A stretch of DNA of 64,000 nucleotides from an uncultured Rhodothermales bacterium (GTDB lineage Bacteria; Bacteroidota; Rhodothermia; Rhodothermales; UBA10348): the NCBI GenBank assembly GCA_964383365.1, contig CAYLHF010000006.1, forward strand, positions 3,568 to 67,567. The letters run 5' to 3'. The position numbers were made by a program, and so were the translations under genes. The notes under the pieces were generated by a model that saw nothing but the letters and a program-made list of their open reading frames with translations, was not told where the DNA came from and did not search any database. Every line of letters begins with the position of its first letter. Positions within the stretch are counted from its first letter, which is position 1. This document shows positions 48,719 to 59,226 of this stretch, in pieces.

Positions 48719-51700
48719 GTGTGTCATCGTGGATGCCACGAAGCGGACACGACAACCAGCCATTTAGCATACAGAAACACAGAGTCGTTGGCCATTCTCC
48801 CTGTCTATAACGCGATTGCGTCTTCGTCGGATGTCCGACAACTTCAAGAGCGGGTCCGCGACCTTCCAGCCACGGGGAACGTGTCGGTACGTGGACTTTC
48901 CGGATCGTTGCATGCGTTCATCGCCGCGGCGCTCTCCAGGAGTGAAGAGGCTCCCATCTTATGCCTGCTGGATTCGGCAGAAACGGCGTCATTTTTTCAC
49001 AGCGACCTACAGCAGGTACTTCGTTCCGATGAAGGAATTCTCCTGTTTCCACCGTCAGACCGCAACCCATACGATCCCGAACATGTTACGGACCCGGTTC
49101 CGACCATACAGCGGGTTGACATTATCCAGCAATTATCGGAGGGATTTACCGGTGTCTTGGTCACATCCGCTGACGCATTTCTTGAGAAGGTACCGGCGAT
49201 TGACTCCGTCTCAGAGCAGACCTTCTCGGTCCAGGATGGTGCTTCCATAGATCAATCCGAACTGATCGAAAACCTCGTTAATCAGGGGTTTGACCGGGTT
49301 GAATTTGTCGAACGCCCGGGAGAAATCGCCCTCAGAGGAGGCATTCTTGACGTGTTCCCTTTCTCTGGCGACTTCCCGATTCGCATTGAATTTTTTGGAG
49401 ACGAGGTAGACTCAATCAGGGAGTTTGACATCCTCTCGCAGCGATCTGTCAGCCGGCTGAAGACGGCACGTCTTGTTCCTGATCTTGAACGGGATGATGC
49501 TGCTGAGGCCAGTAGAGTGTCCATCAGTGACTATTTACCTCAAGACTTCATTGTTTTGACCGTAAACAGTATTCCGATCTTTGAACGCCTCCAGGCCAGA
49601 GCGACAGAGATACAGGAGACGGCCCGCGTTGCCATCGATCATGATCCAGAGATGTTGCCCCCGGAGGCCTATTATCAACAGGCGCACGACTGTCAGCTAC
49701 TGATCGAATCCCACCGTTCTGTATCGATTGGTTTATTTCAGGAATCTGGCACCGACGATACGGTGTCTTTTGTCTCGCGCCCGCAACCGTCATTTAACAG
49801 TTCCGTCAAGCTCCTGCGTTCTCGCCTCGTAGCAAACAAGGCAGGTGGTATTCACACCCATATACTATGCACGAGTCGCGGTCAAGAATCCAGGATTCGT
49901 GATCTACTCCAGGATGATGAGGAGCGCCTTGACGTAAACGTATCCGTCGAATCCCTCCATGAAGGATTCGAATATTCAGGCCTGAACCTGGCCGTATATA
50001 CGGACCACCAGATATTCAACCGATACCATAGACCCTCTACCAGACGGCAAAAACGACGTTTTGGTGGAATCAGCCTTCGAGAATTAAGCCACCTTGTGCC
50101 AGGAGATTTTGTCGTCCACATAGATCATGGCATCGGTCGCTTCGACGGAATGGAGCAACTGGATGTGCGCGGAAAGAGGCAGGAGGTCGTCAGGTTGAGC
50201 TACCAGAATGGCGATACGCTGTTTGTAAATGTCAACGCCCTATACAAGCTTCATAAGTACAAAGGGAAAGACGGACACAAACCCGTACTGACGAAACTGG
50301 GCTCCGGACAGTGGGACCGGGCTAAATCCCGGACGAAGTCGCGCGTAAAAGACATCGCGAGAGACCTGATCAAGCTGTACGCCCAACGAAAAGCCGCGGG
50401 TGGTTTTTCTTTCGGTGAAGACACCATCTGGCAGCAGGAATTGGAGGCCTCTTTCCCGTTCGAAGACACGCCCGACCAGGCATCTGCGGCAGAATCGGTA
50501 AAAGCAGACATGTCTGAGCCTGTTCCGATGGACCGACTGGTGTGTGGAGATGTCGGGTTTGGCAAGACAGAAATAGCTGTTAGAGCCGCATTCAAGGCCG
50601 TTCAGGAGGGCAAACAGGTGGCCATCCTGGTGCCGACAACGGTTCTGGCCATGCAGCATTATCGCACATTCAGTACCCGTCTCGCGGCATACCCCGTGAG
50701 CGTCGACGTGCTGTCGAGATTCAGAACGCCGGCCCAAATTCGATCAACGATCAGTCGTATTTCCGACGGGACAGCCGATATCGTCGTCGGAACACATCGC
50801 CTGGTATCTAAAGATGTGGTATTTAAGGACCTTGGACTACTCGTTATCGATGAAGAGCAACGATTCGGTGTGGGAGTAAAGGAGAAGCTGCGAGAGATGC
50901 GTGTCGCTGTCGATACGTTGACGCTGACCGCCACGCCGATACCCAGGACGCTGCAGTTCTCGTTGCTCGGTGCGAGGGACCTCTCGATCATCGCCACAGC
51001 TCCACCCAACCGTCAGCCCATTGAAACGGAAATTCACACCTTCGACAAGGACCTGATCAGGGATGCCATTTTGTATGAAACAGGGCGCGGAGGGCAGGTT
51101 TTCTTCATTCACAACCGGGTTCAGTCGATCGCTGAAATCGCAGATCAGATCCATATGCTTCTCCCGGATATTCGTGTCGGCGTGGGTCATGGACAGATGA
51201 AGGGGCCCGAGTTGGAACGTGTTATGATGGGCTTTTTCGAGCGAAAATATGACGTTCTGGTCAGCACAAATATTATCGAAAACGGTCTCGACGTATCAAA
51301 TGCGAACACAATAATTATTAATCGGGCGGGTCATTTTGGCCTATCAGAACTCCATCAACTTCGTGGGAGGGTGGGCAGATCCGATCGTAAGGCATTCTGC
51401 TATCTGCTCGTCCCGAGCGTAAAAGGCTTGACCCGAGAGGCACGTCAACGGCTGCAAGCCGTCGAGGAATTGAGCGACCTCGGAAGTGGATTCCATATCG
51501 CCATGAGGGATCTTGATATTCGGGGAGCAGGAAATCTTCTTGGCGCCGAACAAACCGGGTTTATGGAAGATGTCGGTTACGAAACCTATCATCGTATTCT
51601 CGATGAGGCGGTCGAAGAGCTCAGGAACACGGAATTTTCGTCTCTTTTTGACCGAAAAAAGGCTCCTCGGGCACTCGACACCTCTATCGATGTCGAGGCC

Positions 51701-52147
51701 GACGCATTCATCCCAGAACAGTACACGTCGAACCGGGTCGAACGTCTCAATCTATACCGACGCGTTTCTGACTGCGCAACCCAGGAAGACCTCGACCATC
51801 TCAGAAAGGAAATGATCGACCGTTTCGGACCGATTCCGGAGGAAGTAGAGAACCTGCTGATTTCTGTCCGGATCAAACAACTGGGACAGGCCTTGCGAAT
51901 TTACCGCGTCGTATTCAAGAATAGGCGACTGTTTCTGGCGATGCCACTTCAGGACGAAGACCCGTATTTCTACGAACATCTGTTCCAGTCTTTGATCTCA
52001 CGCCTCGAGCGGATCGAGTCGCGTGTCATCCTTCGTGAGAGCAAATCGGGGAGGTTGAGAGCCATCGTTCAAGAGGTACCCAGACTCACGTCCTGCGTGG
52101 ACATTCTATCGTCCGTTCAATCAACTCCGAATGTGACAGATAGTTAG
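48719..52147 (+). CDS. mfd: Transcription-repair coupling factor
   Basis: 1142 aa. Motifs GDVGFGKTE (Walker A), DEEQRFGV, TATPIPRT, and the CarD/TRG region FVVHIDHGIGRF. Confidence 0.96.
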   Translation: MCHRGCHEADTTTSHLAYRNTESLAILPVYNAIASSSDVRQLQERVRDLPATGNVSVRGLSGSLHAFIAAALSRSEEAPILCLLDSAETASFFHSDLQQVLRSDEGILLFPPSDRNPYDPEHVTDPVPTIQRVDIIQQLSEGFTGVLVTSADAFLEKVPAIDSVSEQTFSVQDGASIDQSELIENLVNQGFDRVEFVERPGEIALRGGILDVFPFSGDFPIRIEFFGDEVDSIREFDILSQRSVSRLKTARLVPDLERDDAAEASRVSISDYLPQDFIVLTVNSIPIFERLQARATEIQETARVAIDHDPEMLPPEAYYQQAHDCQLLIESHRSVSIGLFQESGTDDTVSFVSRPQPSFNSSVKLLRSRLVANKAGGIHTHILCTSRGQESRIRDLLQDDEERLDVNVSVESLHEGFEYSGLNLAVYTDHQIFNRYHRPSTRRQKRRFGGISLRELSHLVPGDFVVHIDHGIGRFDGMEQLDVRGKRQEVVRLSYQNGDTLFVNVNALYKLHKYKGKDGHKPVLTKLGSGQWDRAKSRTKSRVKDIARDLIKLYAQRKAAGGFSFGEDTIWQQELEASFPFEDTPDQASAAESVKADMSEPVPMDRLVCGDVGFGKTEIAVRAAFKAVQEGKQVAILVPTTVLAMQHYRTFSTRLAAYPVSVDVLSRFRTPAQIRSTISRISDGTADIVVGTHRLVSKDVVFKDLGLLVIDEEQRFGVGVKEKLREMRVAVDTLTLTATPIPRTLQFSLLGARDLSIIATAPPNRQPIETEIHTFDKDLIRDAILYETGRGGQVFFIHNRVQSIAEIADQIHMLLPDIRVGVGHGQMKGPELERVMMGFFERKYDVLVSTNIIENGLDVSNANTIIINRAGHFGLSELHQLRGRVGRSDRKAFCYLLVPSVKGLTREARQRLQAVEELSDLGSGFHIAMRDLDIRGAGNLLGAEQTGFMEDVGYETYHRILDEAVEELRNTEFSSLFDRKKAPRALDTSIDVEADAFIPEQYTSNRVERLNLYRRVSDCATQEDLDHLRKEMIDRFGPIPEEVENLLISVRIKQLGQALRIYRVVFKNRRLFLAMPLQDEDPYFYEHLFQSLISRLERIESRVILRESKSGRLRAIVQEVPRLTSCVDILSSVQSTPNVTDS

Positions 52148-53124
52148 CGGCTCGAATAACGCTCGGCTATTCTGAGGGCGACATCGCGGTGCATTTTCGA
52201 AAGTGCGGCCGGCTTAATGACATCGACTCCGTCCGCATATCGCATCAGCCACGTCGACAGAAAGGGAATGTTATCGAAACGAAAGGATACGATACACGAC
52301 TCGTCCTCCAGATCTTCAGACTCGATTCTGGCCGGAATGGCCGTTCGCGCCCGCTTATACGTGGCCCGATCGAACCGAAGAGTGATCAGCGTGCTCGACG
52401 TCTGAACGCCCTGCTGAGACAGGTGTGTCTGCAATTCAAATCCTTCCGGTCTGGAGAACCGCTCGGTAAGCACGAACATTTCTCGGATCCGATCCAGTCT
52501 GAAGTTTCTGATTGTATCGCGAAGATAATCGTATGCGATCAGGTTCCAGTGATCCGAGTAATATACCAGCCCCAGTGGATCAACCGTTCTTTTCGTGACC
52601 TCTGAACGGGCTTCCACGAAATACTCCATGATTACCTTTCTACTCCGCGCGACCGCCTCGCTCAATTTATACCAGCGGCCGCTTTCGCGGCCTTCTTCCT
52701 GGGCAGCATGGAGCCAGTATGGATCGAGAACAGTATTGTCTCCCAGTCTATCCACATACTCGCGGATTTCCCTGGGCAACACGGTTCGAATCTTTAGCGC
52801 GACCGCATCCGCATCTTCACGAAGGGATGAGTCCGACTGCAGCTTCATGAACTGCGTTCCCACGAGAAGGGTCGCGGCCTCGCGAGCCGTGAGCATGAGC
52901 GGAGGAAGTTGGTATCCTTCCAGAATCTCATATCCTCCGCCCTCAGAATAGGTGAGCGGAACGCCCGACTCGCTCAACGCTCGTAGATCTCTGAATACAG
53001 TCCTACGACTGACTGAAAAATGCTCAGCCAGATCTCTCGATGTCATTCGAGGACGATTTTGTAGCAACAAAATCGTTGCAAACAGCCGCTCCGTGCGGTT
53101 TTCTCTTCTTTCCCGATGACTCAT
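52144..53124 (-). CDS. YafY-family HTH plus WYL-domain transcriptional regulator
   Basis: 326 aa. N-terminal HTH RTERLFATILLLQNRPRMTSRDLAEHFSVSRRTVFRDLRAL; WYL region GLVYYSDHWNLIAYDYLRDTIRNFRLDRI. Confidence 0.88.
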   Translation of the reverse strand: MSHRERRENRTERLFATILLLQNRPRMTSRDLAEHFSVSRRTVFRDLRALSESGVPLTYSEGGGYEILEGYQLPPLMLTAREAATLLVGTQFMKLQSDSSLREDADAVALKIRTVLPREIREYVDRLGDNTVLDPYWLHAAQEEGRESGRWYKLSEAVARSRKVIMEYFVEARSEVTKRTVDPLGLVYYSDHWNLIAYDYLRDTIRNFRLDRIREMFVLTERFSRPEGFELQTHLSQQGVQTSSTLITLRFDRATYKRARTAIPARIESEDLEDESCIVSFRFDNIPFLSTWLMRYADGVDVIKPAALSKMHRDVALRIAERYSSR

Positions 53125-53177
53125 ATTCTAACCATTGATCAGGCATGGGGGCGCCGTAAACACCGTACCGTGGGCAG

Positions 53178-53873
53178 CTACTCCTGTACGATACTCACAA
53201 TTTTCTTATCTCTAAAATACTCTCCTTCGAATAACGGTGCGAGGGAGATGATCTCTATTGTAGCGATAGATCGCGCCCAGACCATTTCACCGACTTCTTC
53301 TTCCAGGTCACCACCTTTCAGGCAAATTAGACCCTTTTTCCAGGTTGGCTCTTGTCTGTGAGGAGTGTCAGATACTTCGCCCGATGATAGGTCACAGCAA
53401 GCAAGATGCCACGACCACAGGACTGAAAGCGGAGCGGTTGCCCGGGAAATTGACAGATCGAACGAACCCCGGACTTCCTCTGCGCGGGCGGAGACGGTCG
53501 TCACGTTGCTGAATCCCAGTTGACGCGCCATGGCCCGCACCGATCGCATCTTCTTATCGACTTTGTCGACGCAGTGAAAGGCCACATCCGTAAATACGCT
53601 GGCGAGCGGGAGGGAGGGAATACCCCCGCCGGCACCCCAGTCAACGACCCGAAATCCCGATGGTATCCGACGACATGCGAGAGCCAGAGCATGAAACAGG
53701 TGATGATCGAAAAAATCAGGATCCCGTTTTCTGGAAACCAGGTTTATCGTCCGGTTGAACCCCATAAGCGCCTGCTGATACCGCGTCAGTTGAGACCGAT
53801 GTTCACGCATTGACTCGAGAACACAGCCGTACTCCTGCTCTGTAAGAACCGATTGTATAAAACCTGCGCTCAT
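53178..53873 (-). CDS. rsmG: 16S rRNA (guanine527-N7)-methyltransferase RsmG/GidB
   Basis: 231 aa. Motifs NLVSRKR and VVDWGAGGGIPSLPLA; immediately downstream of mnmG. Confidence 0.9.
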   Translation of the reverse strand: MSAGFIQSVLTEQEYGCVLESMREHRSQLTRYQQALMGFNRTINLVSRKRDPDFFDHHLFHALALACRRIPSGFRVVDWGAGGGIPSLPLASVFTDVAFHCVDKVDKKMRSVRAMARQLGFSNVTTVSARAEEVRGSFDLSISRATAPLSVLWSWHLACCDLSSGEVSDTPHRQEPTWKKGLICLKGGDLEEEVGEMVWARSIATIEIISLAPLFEGEYFRDKKIVSIVQE

Positions 53874-53894
53874 TCGTAAGACCGAATCGACCGG

Positions 53895-55808
53895 TTATGT
53901 TTCACGTGAAACATTTTGAACATATCCCGCGCCTCCGTTTTTTTTGAGAAGAACCATAAGAACAGAGATATCCGCTGGACTCACGCCGCTTATTCGACTC
54001 GCCTGTCCGATATTCTGCGGACGAATGCGGGACAATTTTTCTCTCGCCTCCATCGAAATGTGCTCCACCGATTCATAATTCATCCCTTCCGGTAGAGCAA
54101 GAGATTCCAATCGGCGAGCCCGCTCGACCTGCTCTTCCTCCCGGGCCAGGTATCCGGCATATTTATACTCGGTCTCCAGGAGGTCTTCCGCCGAATCCAA
54201 TCCTGATATCGGTTCGATGAGTATGTCATGTAACTCTATGCTACACAACAGATTATGCAAATTTACCTCTGGCCTGAGAATGATTCTTGAGAGCTTCTCG
54301 GGGCGCTCTAACCTGGACGTTCCGACCGATTCCAGATAGGGATTCACCTGCTCGGGTGGTACGGTCTGATTGTTTAATCGCGTCCTGGAATTGCTCAGTG
54401 ATTCCTTCTTATTCGCCAGTCGATCGATTCTCTGTTCAGACACGATGTTCAGCTTGTTCCCCAGAGGAGTGAGTCGCTCATCTGCGTTATCCTGTCGAAG
54501 GAGAATGCGGTACTCGGCTCTTGAAGTAAACATCCTGTAGGGCTCGTCGGTCCCTTTCGAAACGAGATCATCAATCAGAACCCCTATATACGCTTGCGAT
54601 CTAGCCAGGATTATCGGTGGTTCGTTGCGAATGGACTGCACCGCGTTAATACCTGCAATCAATCCCTGGGCCGCCGCCTCCTCGTATCCGGTAGTTCCGT
54701 TGATCTGTCCGGCAAAGAAAAGTCCTTCGAGTACTTTTGTCTCCAACGAGTACTTCAGTTGATACGGAGGAAAATAGTCATACTCTATCGCGTATCCCGG
54801 ACGAAGCATATGAACGCTCTCGAGTCCCTTTACCGCGTGGAGCGCTTCGAGCTGCACTTCCTCCGGTAGGCTCGTAGAGAATCCGTTTACATATACCTCA
54901 TCGGTCATCCATCCTTCCGGTTCCAGAAATATCTGGTGTTGATTCTTGTCTGCGAACCGATCGATTTTGTCTTCGATTGACGGACAATACCTTGGACCGG
55001 TGCCCCGAATACGACCGACGAACATCGGACTACGATCGAAGCCGGTTCGAAGAATACGATGAACCGTATCATTGGTATATGTGAGCCAACAGGAGCGTTG
55101 TTTGGAAGGGAGATCGTCGGTCATAAACGAAAAAGCCCGCGGGGACGCATCTCCACGCTGTTCCTCTACCTTCCCGTAATTGATCGTTCTTCCGTCGATT
55201 CTGGGTGGCGTTCCCGTTTTTAGTCTTCCAGATTCGAACCCGAGTTCAATCAGTCGGGCCGTCAATCCCGTCGCTGCGCGCTCGCCCATGCGACCTCCTC
55301 CGAACTGTTGCTCTCCTATGTGGATCACCCCGTTCATGAATGTACCGTTGGTCAGGACGACGGCATGAGACCGAATCGTCGCACCCAGTTGCGTTCGAAT
55401 ACCGGCGGTACGGCCGTTTTCGACGACGAGATCGGTGGCCATATCGGCGCGCATGAACAGATTGGGTTCGACCTCCAGGGCTCGCCTGATCTCGGCCGCA
55501 TAAATCTGTCGGTCGCACTGGGCCCGCGGAGACCAGACGGCCGGGCCCTTCCGCTTATTCAACATTCTGAACTGGATTCCGGCCTTGTCGGTTACGGTAC
55601 CCATCAGACCTCCGAGAGCGTCTATCTCGCGGGCGATCTGGCCTTTTCCTATTCCCCCGATCGCCGGGTTACACGAGAGGCGACCCAACGCTTCGAGACT
55701 CATCGTGACGAGCAGGGTCTTTGCGCCCATACGTGCAGAGACGGCTGCCGCCTCACTACCGGCGTGTCCACCACCAACCACGATAATATCATAATGACCG
55801 GAATCCAC
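53895..55808 (-). CDS. mnmG: tRNA uridine 5-carboxymethylaminomethyl modification enzyme MnmG/GidA
   Basis: 637 aa. FAD motif [16 protein letters not shown]. Confidence 0.97.
   Translation of the reverse strand: MDSGHYDIIVVGGGHAGSEAAAVSARMGAKTLLVTMSLEALGRLSCNPAIGGIGKGQIAREIDALGGLMGTVTDKAGIQFRMLNKRKGPAVWSPRAQCDRQIYAAEIRRALEVEPNLFMRADMATDLVVENGRTAGIRTQLGATIRSHAVVLTNGTFMNGVIHIGEQQFGGGRMGERAATGLTARLIELGFESGRLKTGTPPRIDGRTINYGKVEEQRGDASPRAFSFMTDDLPSKQRSCWLTYTNDTVHRILRTGFDRSPMFVGRIRGTGPRYCPSIEDKIDRFADKNQHQIFLEPEGWMTDEVYVNGFSTSLPEEVQLEALHAVKGLESVHMLRPGYAIEYDYFPPYQLKYSLETKVLEGLFFAGQINGTTGYEEAAAQGLIAGINAVQSIRNEPPIILARSQAYIGVLIDDLVSKGTDEPYRMFTSRAEYRILLRQDNADERLTPLGNKLNIVSEQRIDRLANKKESLSNSRTRLNNQTVPPEQVNPYLESVGTSRLERPEKLSRIILRPEVNLHNLLCSIELHDILIEPISGLDSAEDLLETEYKYAGYLAREEEQVERARRLESLALPEGMNYESVEHISMEAREKLSRIRPQNIGQASRISGVSPADISVLMVLLKKNGGAGYVQNVSRET
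53898..53913. promoter_or_regulatory. parS: parS (ParB-binding site), perfect consensus, inside the 3' end of mnmG
   Basis: TGTTTCACGTGAAACA lies directly after the complement of the mnmG stop codon (53895-53897). On the minus strand it encodes the last residues ...VSRET. Confidence 0.8.
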
Positions 55809-55814
55809 GATGCC

Positions 55815-57245
55815 TTATTTACCTATACAGAAACTGGAAAATATTCGATTCAGTATATCTTCGTTCGCCGTGGCACCGGTTATGGCACCGATTTCGTCCA
55901 TTGCAATCCGAAGATCCTGCGCCAGAAGGTCCCCGGAAAGGCCTTCATTCAGCGCATTCTCGGCATTTGAGAGGGCCTCACGTGCTCCTATCAGATGATC
56001 GCGATGCCGTTCCAGCGTCACCACCTCCGACCAATCATTCCTGCGCTCGTCTCCGGATGCCACGTCTACAATTCGAGTTAGCAACGGCTCCACGAGGTGC
56101 TCGTCGCTGATTGCATCACGAGCGGAGAGAGTGAAAACGGAGGACGAGGATGGATGGCATCCCATCTCGCGATCGTCTTTTCCCGGCGAATCGGGCGACC
56201 CTGGCACCAGGTCTGATTTGTTAGCGATTATTACAATATGGACCTCGGGAAACGAAGAACGCCATCGCTCCAACCGGATCTCCTCCTCTTCCAGAAGGCC
56301 GTTCCGTACGTCATAAACGTATAAGATGATATCCGCTTCTTCTGCAGACAGCTCTGCCCGGCGTACACCCTCTGATTCTACAGGATCGTCCGTGCCCCTC
56401 AAACCTGCCGTGTCCGTAATGGAAAGCCTGATGCCGTCGAAATCCAGATCGGCTGAAACCTGGTCCCTGGTTGTACCGGCCTCCGGGGACACAATGGCAC
56501 GATCGTGACCGACGAGAGCATTCAGCAAGGTCGACTTTCCCGCATTCGGAAGGCCATTGATCGCTATTCGTATACCGGATCTGACCAACGCTCCGTATCG
56601 GTAGGAACCGAGAAGTCGATCAATATACCCGAGCGCGTCTGTCAGTACCGTACGAAGACGATCCTTATCGGCGAACTCCACATCCTCCTCGGAAAAGTCG
56701 AGCTCCAACTCGATATGCGCACACAGATCTACCAAGCTGTCCCGAAACGCCGTAAGAAGGGCGGAATATCCCCCTTTTAGCAACTGCAATGAAACCTGCT
56801 GGGATCGGCGCGAGGTTGCGTGAATCAACTCGGCGACAGATTCAGCCTGGGCGAGATCGATCTTTCCGTTCAGGAACGCACGCTCGGTAAATTCACCCGC
56901 CTTCGCCGGCCGTGCGCCCGCTTCGATCAGCGTATTCAGAATCAATGCCGGTGCCAACTCCCCGCCGTGACATGTAATTTCAATAACGTCTTCACCCGTC
57001 ACCGAGGATGGTGCCAGAAACACTGTCACGATAACCTGATCGATATCGTGCCCTGCCGAATTTGTGATATATCCGACGTATGCCCGGTGCGTTTCAGTCC
57101 TTGACCCGAGATCCCGGGGACCGAACACACTCGACACGATCTCGACGGAATTCGGCCCAGACATTCGGATGACCGCCAGAGCAGCGACACCCTGTGGTGT
57201 TGCCCGGGCCACGATGGTATCTCGGAGTCCCCGTGTCATACTCAT
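55815..57245 (-). CDS. mnmE: tRNA modification GTPase MnmE/TrmE
   Basis: 476 aa. Motifs DTIVARATPQG and GLPNAGKSTLLNAL; C-terminal CIGK. Confidence 0.96.
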   Translation of the reverse strand: MSMTRGLRDTIVARATPQGVAALAVIRMSGPNSVEIVSSVFGPRDLGSRTETHRAYVGYITNSAGHDIDQVIVTVFLAPSSVTGEDVIEITCHGGELAPALILNTLIEAGARPAKAGEFTERAFLNGKIDLAQAESVAELIHATSRRSQQVSLQLLKGGYSALLTAFRDSLVDLCAHIELELDFSEEDVEFADKDRLRTVLTDALGYIDRLLGSYRYGALVRSGIRIAINGLPNAGKSTLLNALVGHDRAIVSPEAGTTRDQVSADLDFDGIRLSITDTAGLRGTDDPVESEGVRRAELSAEEADIILYVYDVRNGLLEEEEIRLERWRSSFPEVHIVIIANKSDLVPGSPDSPGKDDREMGCHPSSSSVFTLSARDAISDEHLVEPLLTRIVDVASGDERRNDWSEVVTLERHRDHLIGAREALSNAENALNEGLSGDLLAQDLRIAMDEIGAITGATANEDILNRIFSSFCIGK

Positions 57246-57263
57246 TGATTCGATTCAGACCGC

Positions 57264-59069
57264 CTAGCGACCGGCCTTCTTTCCGGCTCCCTTTGCTGCC
57301 TGCCCGTTGGCTCCTGCCTTTCGCTGCCCTTTCGTAATATGTTTGACCGTGGGCTCTTCGTCCTTGCGAGAATGCTCCAACTGCCTGTTGATCATTTTCT
57401 GCTGACCGGCGGTCAATACATTGTAGCACAGGTAGTACAAGTTCAATCCGGCTGCAAGTCGGTTGAAGATGACGAAGATCATCACCGGAAAGAGATAGGT
57501 GAAGATTTTTTGCTGAGCGCCGGTACCCGGTGTCGCCTGCATCTTCATCTGAACGACCATAGAGATTCCCATGAGAAACGTGAATCCGGCAACCGCACTT
57601 CCAAACATCGGAATCTCGAACGGAAGATGTAAAATGAAGTCAGGTGCCGAGAGATCAGCCGCCCAGAGGAAGCCCTGCTGTCTGAGTTCGATGGCCTGAG
57701 GCAGAAACTGCCACAGAGCAATAATAATCGGATACTGAAGGAGCATCGGCAAGCAACCACCGAGCGGATTAACTCCGGTCTCCTTATACATTTTCATGGT
57801 GGCCTGCTGCTGCTTCTGCGGGTCACCTGAATACTTTTCCTTTATCGCCTCCATGCGCGGTTGCAACTCACGCATTCTGGCCATGTTTTTGAACGAAGAT
57901 TTCGTCAGAGGAAACAGGAGTAATTTGATCAGAATCGAGAATATGATGATGACCAGGCCGTAATTCGGAATGAAGCCACTGAGCAGATTAAATGCCGGAA
58001 TAAACGCATATTTGGCCAGTGGCCGGGTCACTATTTCGAAGAAATCCCAACCGTAATCGACCATGTCGTAAAGCCCCAGATCGTACGTTCCCAGTAAATC
58101 CACCTCGATTGGTCCGGTGTAAATCCGGAAGTGATCGACGGCCGTTGGAAGAGGGAGCGACAGGCTGGCTACAAAATTCAATTGTAGACCCGGAGCGTCA
58201 AGTTCGCCAACTCGTTCGCCGATCATGTCCGCTCCCTTCGAGATTCCATCTGGAATGATCGCGGTCGCGAAATATTTATTCTTGACTGCTATCCAGTCGA
58301 CCTGACCCCTGAGCGATTGCTCTACATTGGCATCCGAATTGAGCACGATACCTTCGACTTCTCCGCCGCTCCGCGCGTACGCACCCGACCTGGACGCCTC
58401 GTTCTTGTGATCACCCTCGCTGAAGGGAATTCCCCCGTTCCATGTCAACTCGTATCCGTTTCCGGTCTGAAAGGAGGACACATTCTGCTGCTCGATTGCG
58501 AGACCGATCTCGTATGAATCCGGCGAAAACTCATACCGCTGGATGATGCGTCCTTCTCCGACAGTCGATATAAAAACCAGCTCTGCCGGTGCATTGAAGA
58601 CATCGAGTTCATCACCCTGTATCTGGGCCTCGTAGTTAAAAGTCCGCGTATCGTAGACGTGACTCCCGGGAGATGTGAAAACAAGTGCGAGGGCGCCACC
58701 TTTCGTCGTATCTATAAGCTGAACGTTTTCTTCCGATTGAAAGATCGTGTAGTCATTGAGCTTAAGAGAGGTCAGCGTCCCTCCCTGTGTAGAAAATTGG
58801 GCAACGTACCGATTGGTCCTTACCGTGATGGTTCGAACGTCACCGGACTGCTGTACAAACTCCGATGTAGAGTCTGCAAGGCTCGCTGGCGCCGTTCCAG
58901 CAGGAGCAACCTCAATCGGGACAGAAGGGGGAAGCATCTGCTCCTGGTCAACAGAAGTTGTATCCGGGCCAACGCTGACAGGGGGTGTCTGGGTCGGAGA
59001 CAGCCAGGTCAACCAGACGACCATAATGATCGCGATAAGGATCGTCGCGGTTACGACATTCTTGTCCAC
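57264..59069 (-). CDS. yidC: Membrane protein insertase YidC
   Basis: Large periplasmic P1 domain, then the conserved core ...MRELQPRMEAIKEKY...NPLGGCLPMLLQYPI... The GTG at 59069 (VDKNVVTATILIAIIMVVWL) is preferred; the track ORF extends to 59138. Confidence 0.93.
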   Translation of the reverse strand: MDKNVVTATILIAIIMVVWLTWLSPTQTPPVSVGPDTTSVDQEQMLPPSVPIEVAPAGTAPASLADSTSEFVQQSGDVRTITVRTNRYVAQFSTQGGTLTSLKLNDYTIFQSEENVQLIDTTKGGALALVFTSPGSHVYDTRTFNYEAQIQGDELDVFNAPAELVFISTVGEGRIIQRYEFSPDSYEIGLAIEQQNVSSFQTGNGYELTWNGGIPFSEGDHKNEASRSGAYARSGGEVEGIVLNSDANVEQSLRGQVDWIAVKNKYFATAIIPDGISKGADMIGERVGELDAPGLQLNFVASLSLPLPTAVDHFRIYTGPIEVDLLGTYDLGLYDMVDYGWDFFEIVTRPLAKYAFIPAFNLLSGFIPNYGLVIIIFSILIKLLLFPLTKSSFKNMARMRELQPRMEAIKEKYSGDPQKQQQATMKMYKETGVNPLGGCLPMLLQYPIIIALWQFLPQAIELRQQGFLWAADLSAPDFILHLPFEIPMFGSAVAGFTFLMGISMVVQMKMQATPGTGAQQKIFTYLFPVMIFVIFNRLAAGLNLYYLCYNVLTAGQQKMINRQLEHSRKDEEPTVKHITKGQRKAGANGQAAKGAGKKAGR

Positions 59070-59073
59070 TGAA

Positions 59074-59226
59074 TTACGGGGTATACGGCAGGGCCGCCAG
59101 GGTGGGTAGGGATAATGTGAGTCCGACCGACAAAACACGGCATCCAGCCGGGCGGGGCGCGATGAGATCAGAGCCTACGTAGGGTCCGATCACCAGTTCC
59201 GTTCTTGAGATCCTCATGGCGAACAT
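59074..59226 (-). pseudogene. 50-codon ORF translationally coupled to rnpA; possible truncated or decayed yidD
   Basis: The ATG overlaps the rnpA stop (TGATG). The translation MFAMRISRTELVIGPYVGSDLIAPRPAGCRV... resembles the YidD N-terminal pattern Y-x3-I-S/A-P-x5-C-R-F but lacks the rest. An HPGG-containing string (THPGGPAVYPV) is present in another frame. Confidence 0.3.
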
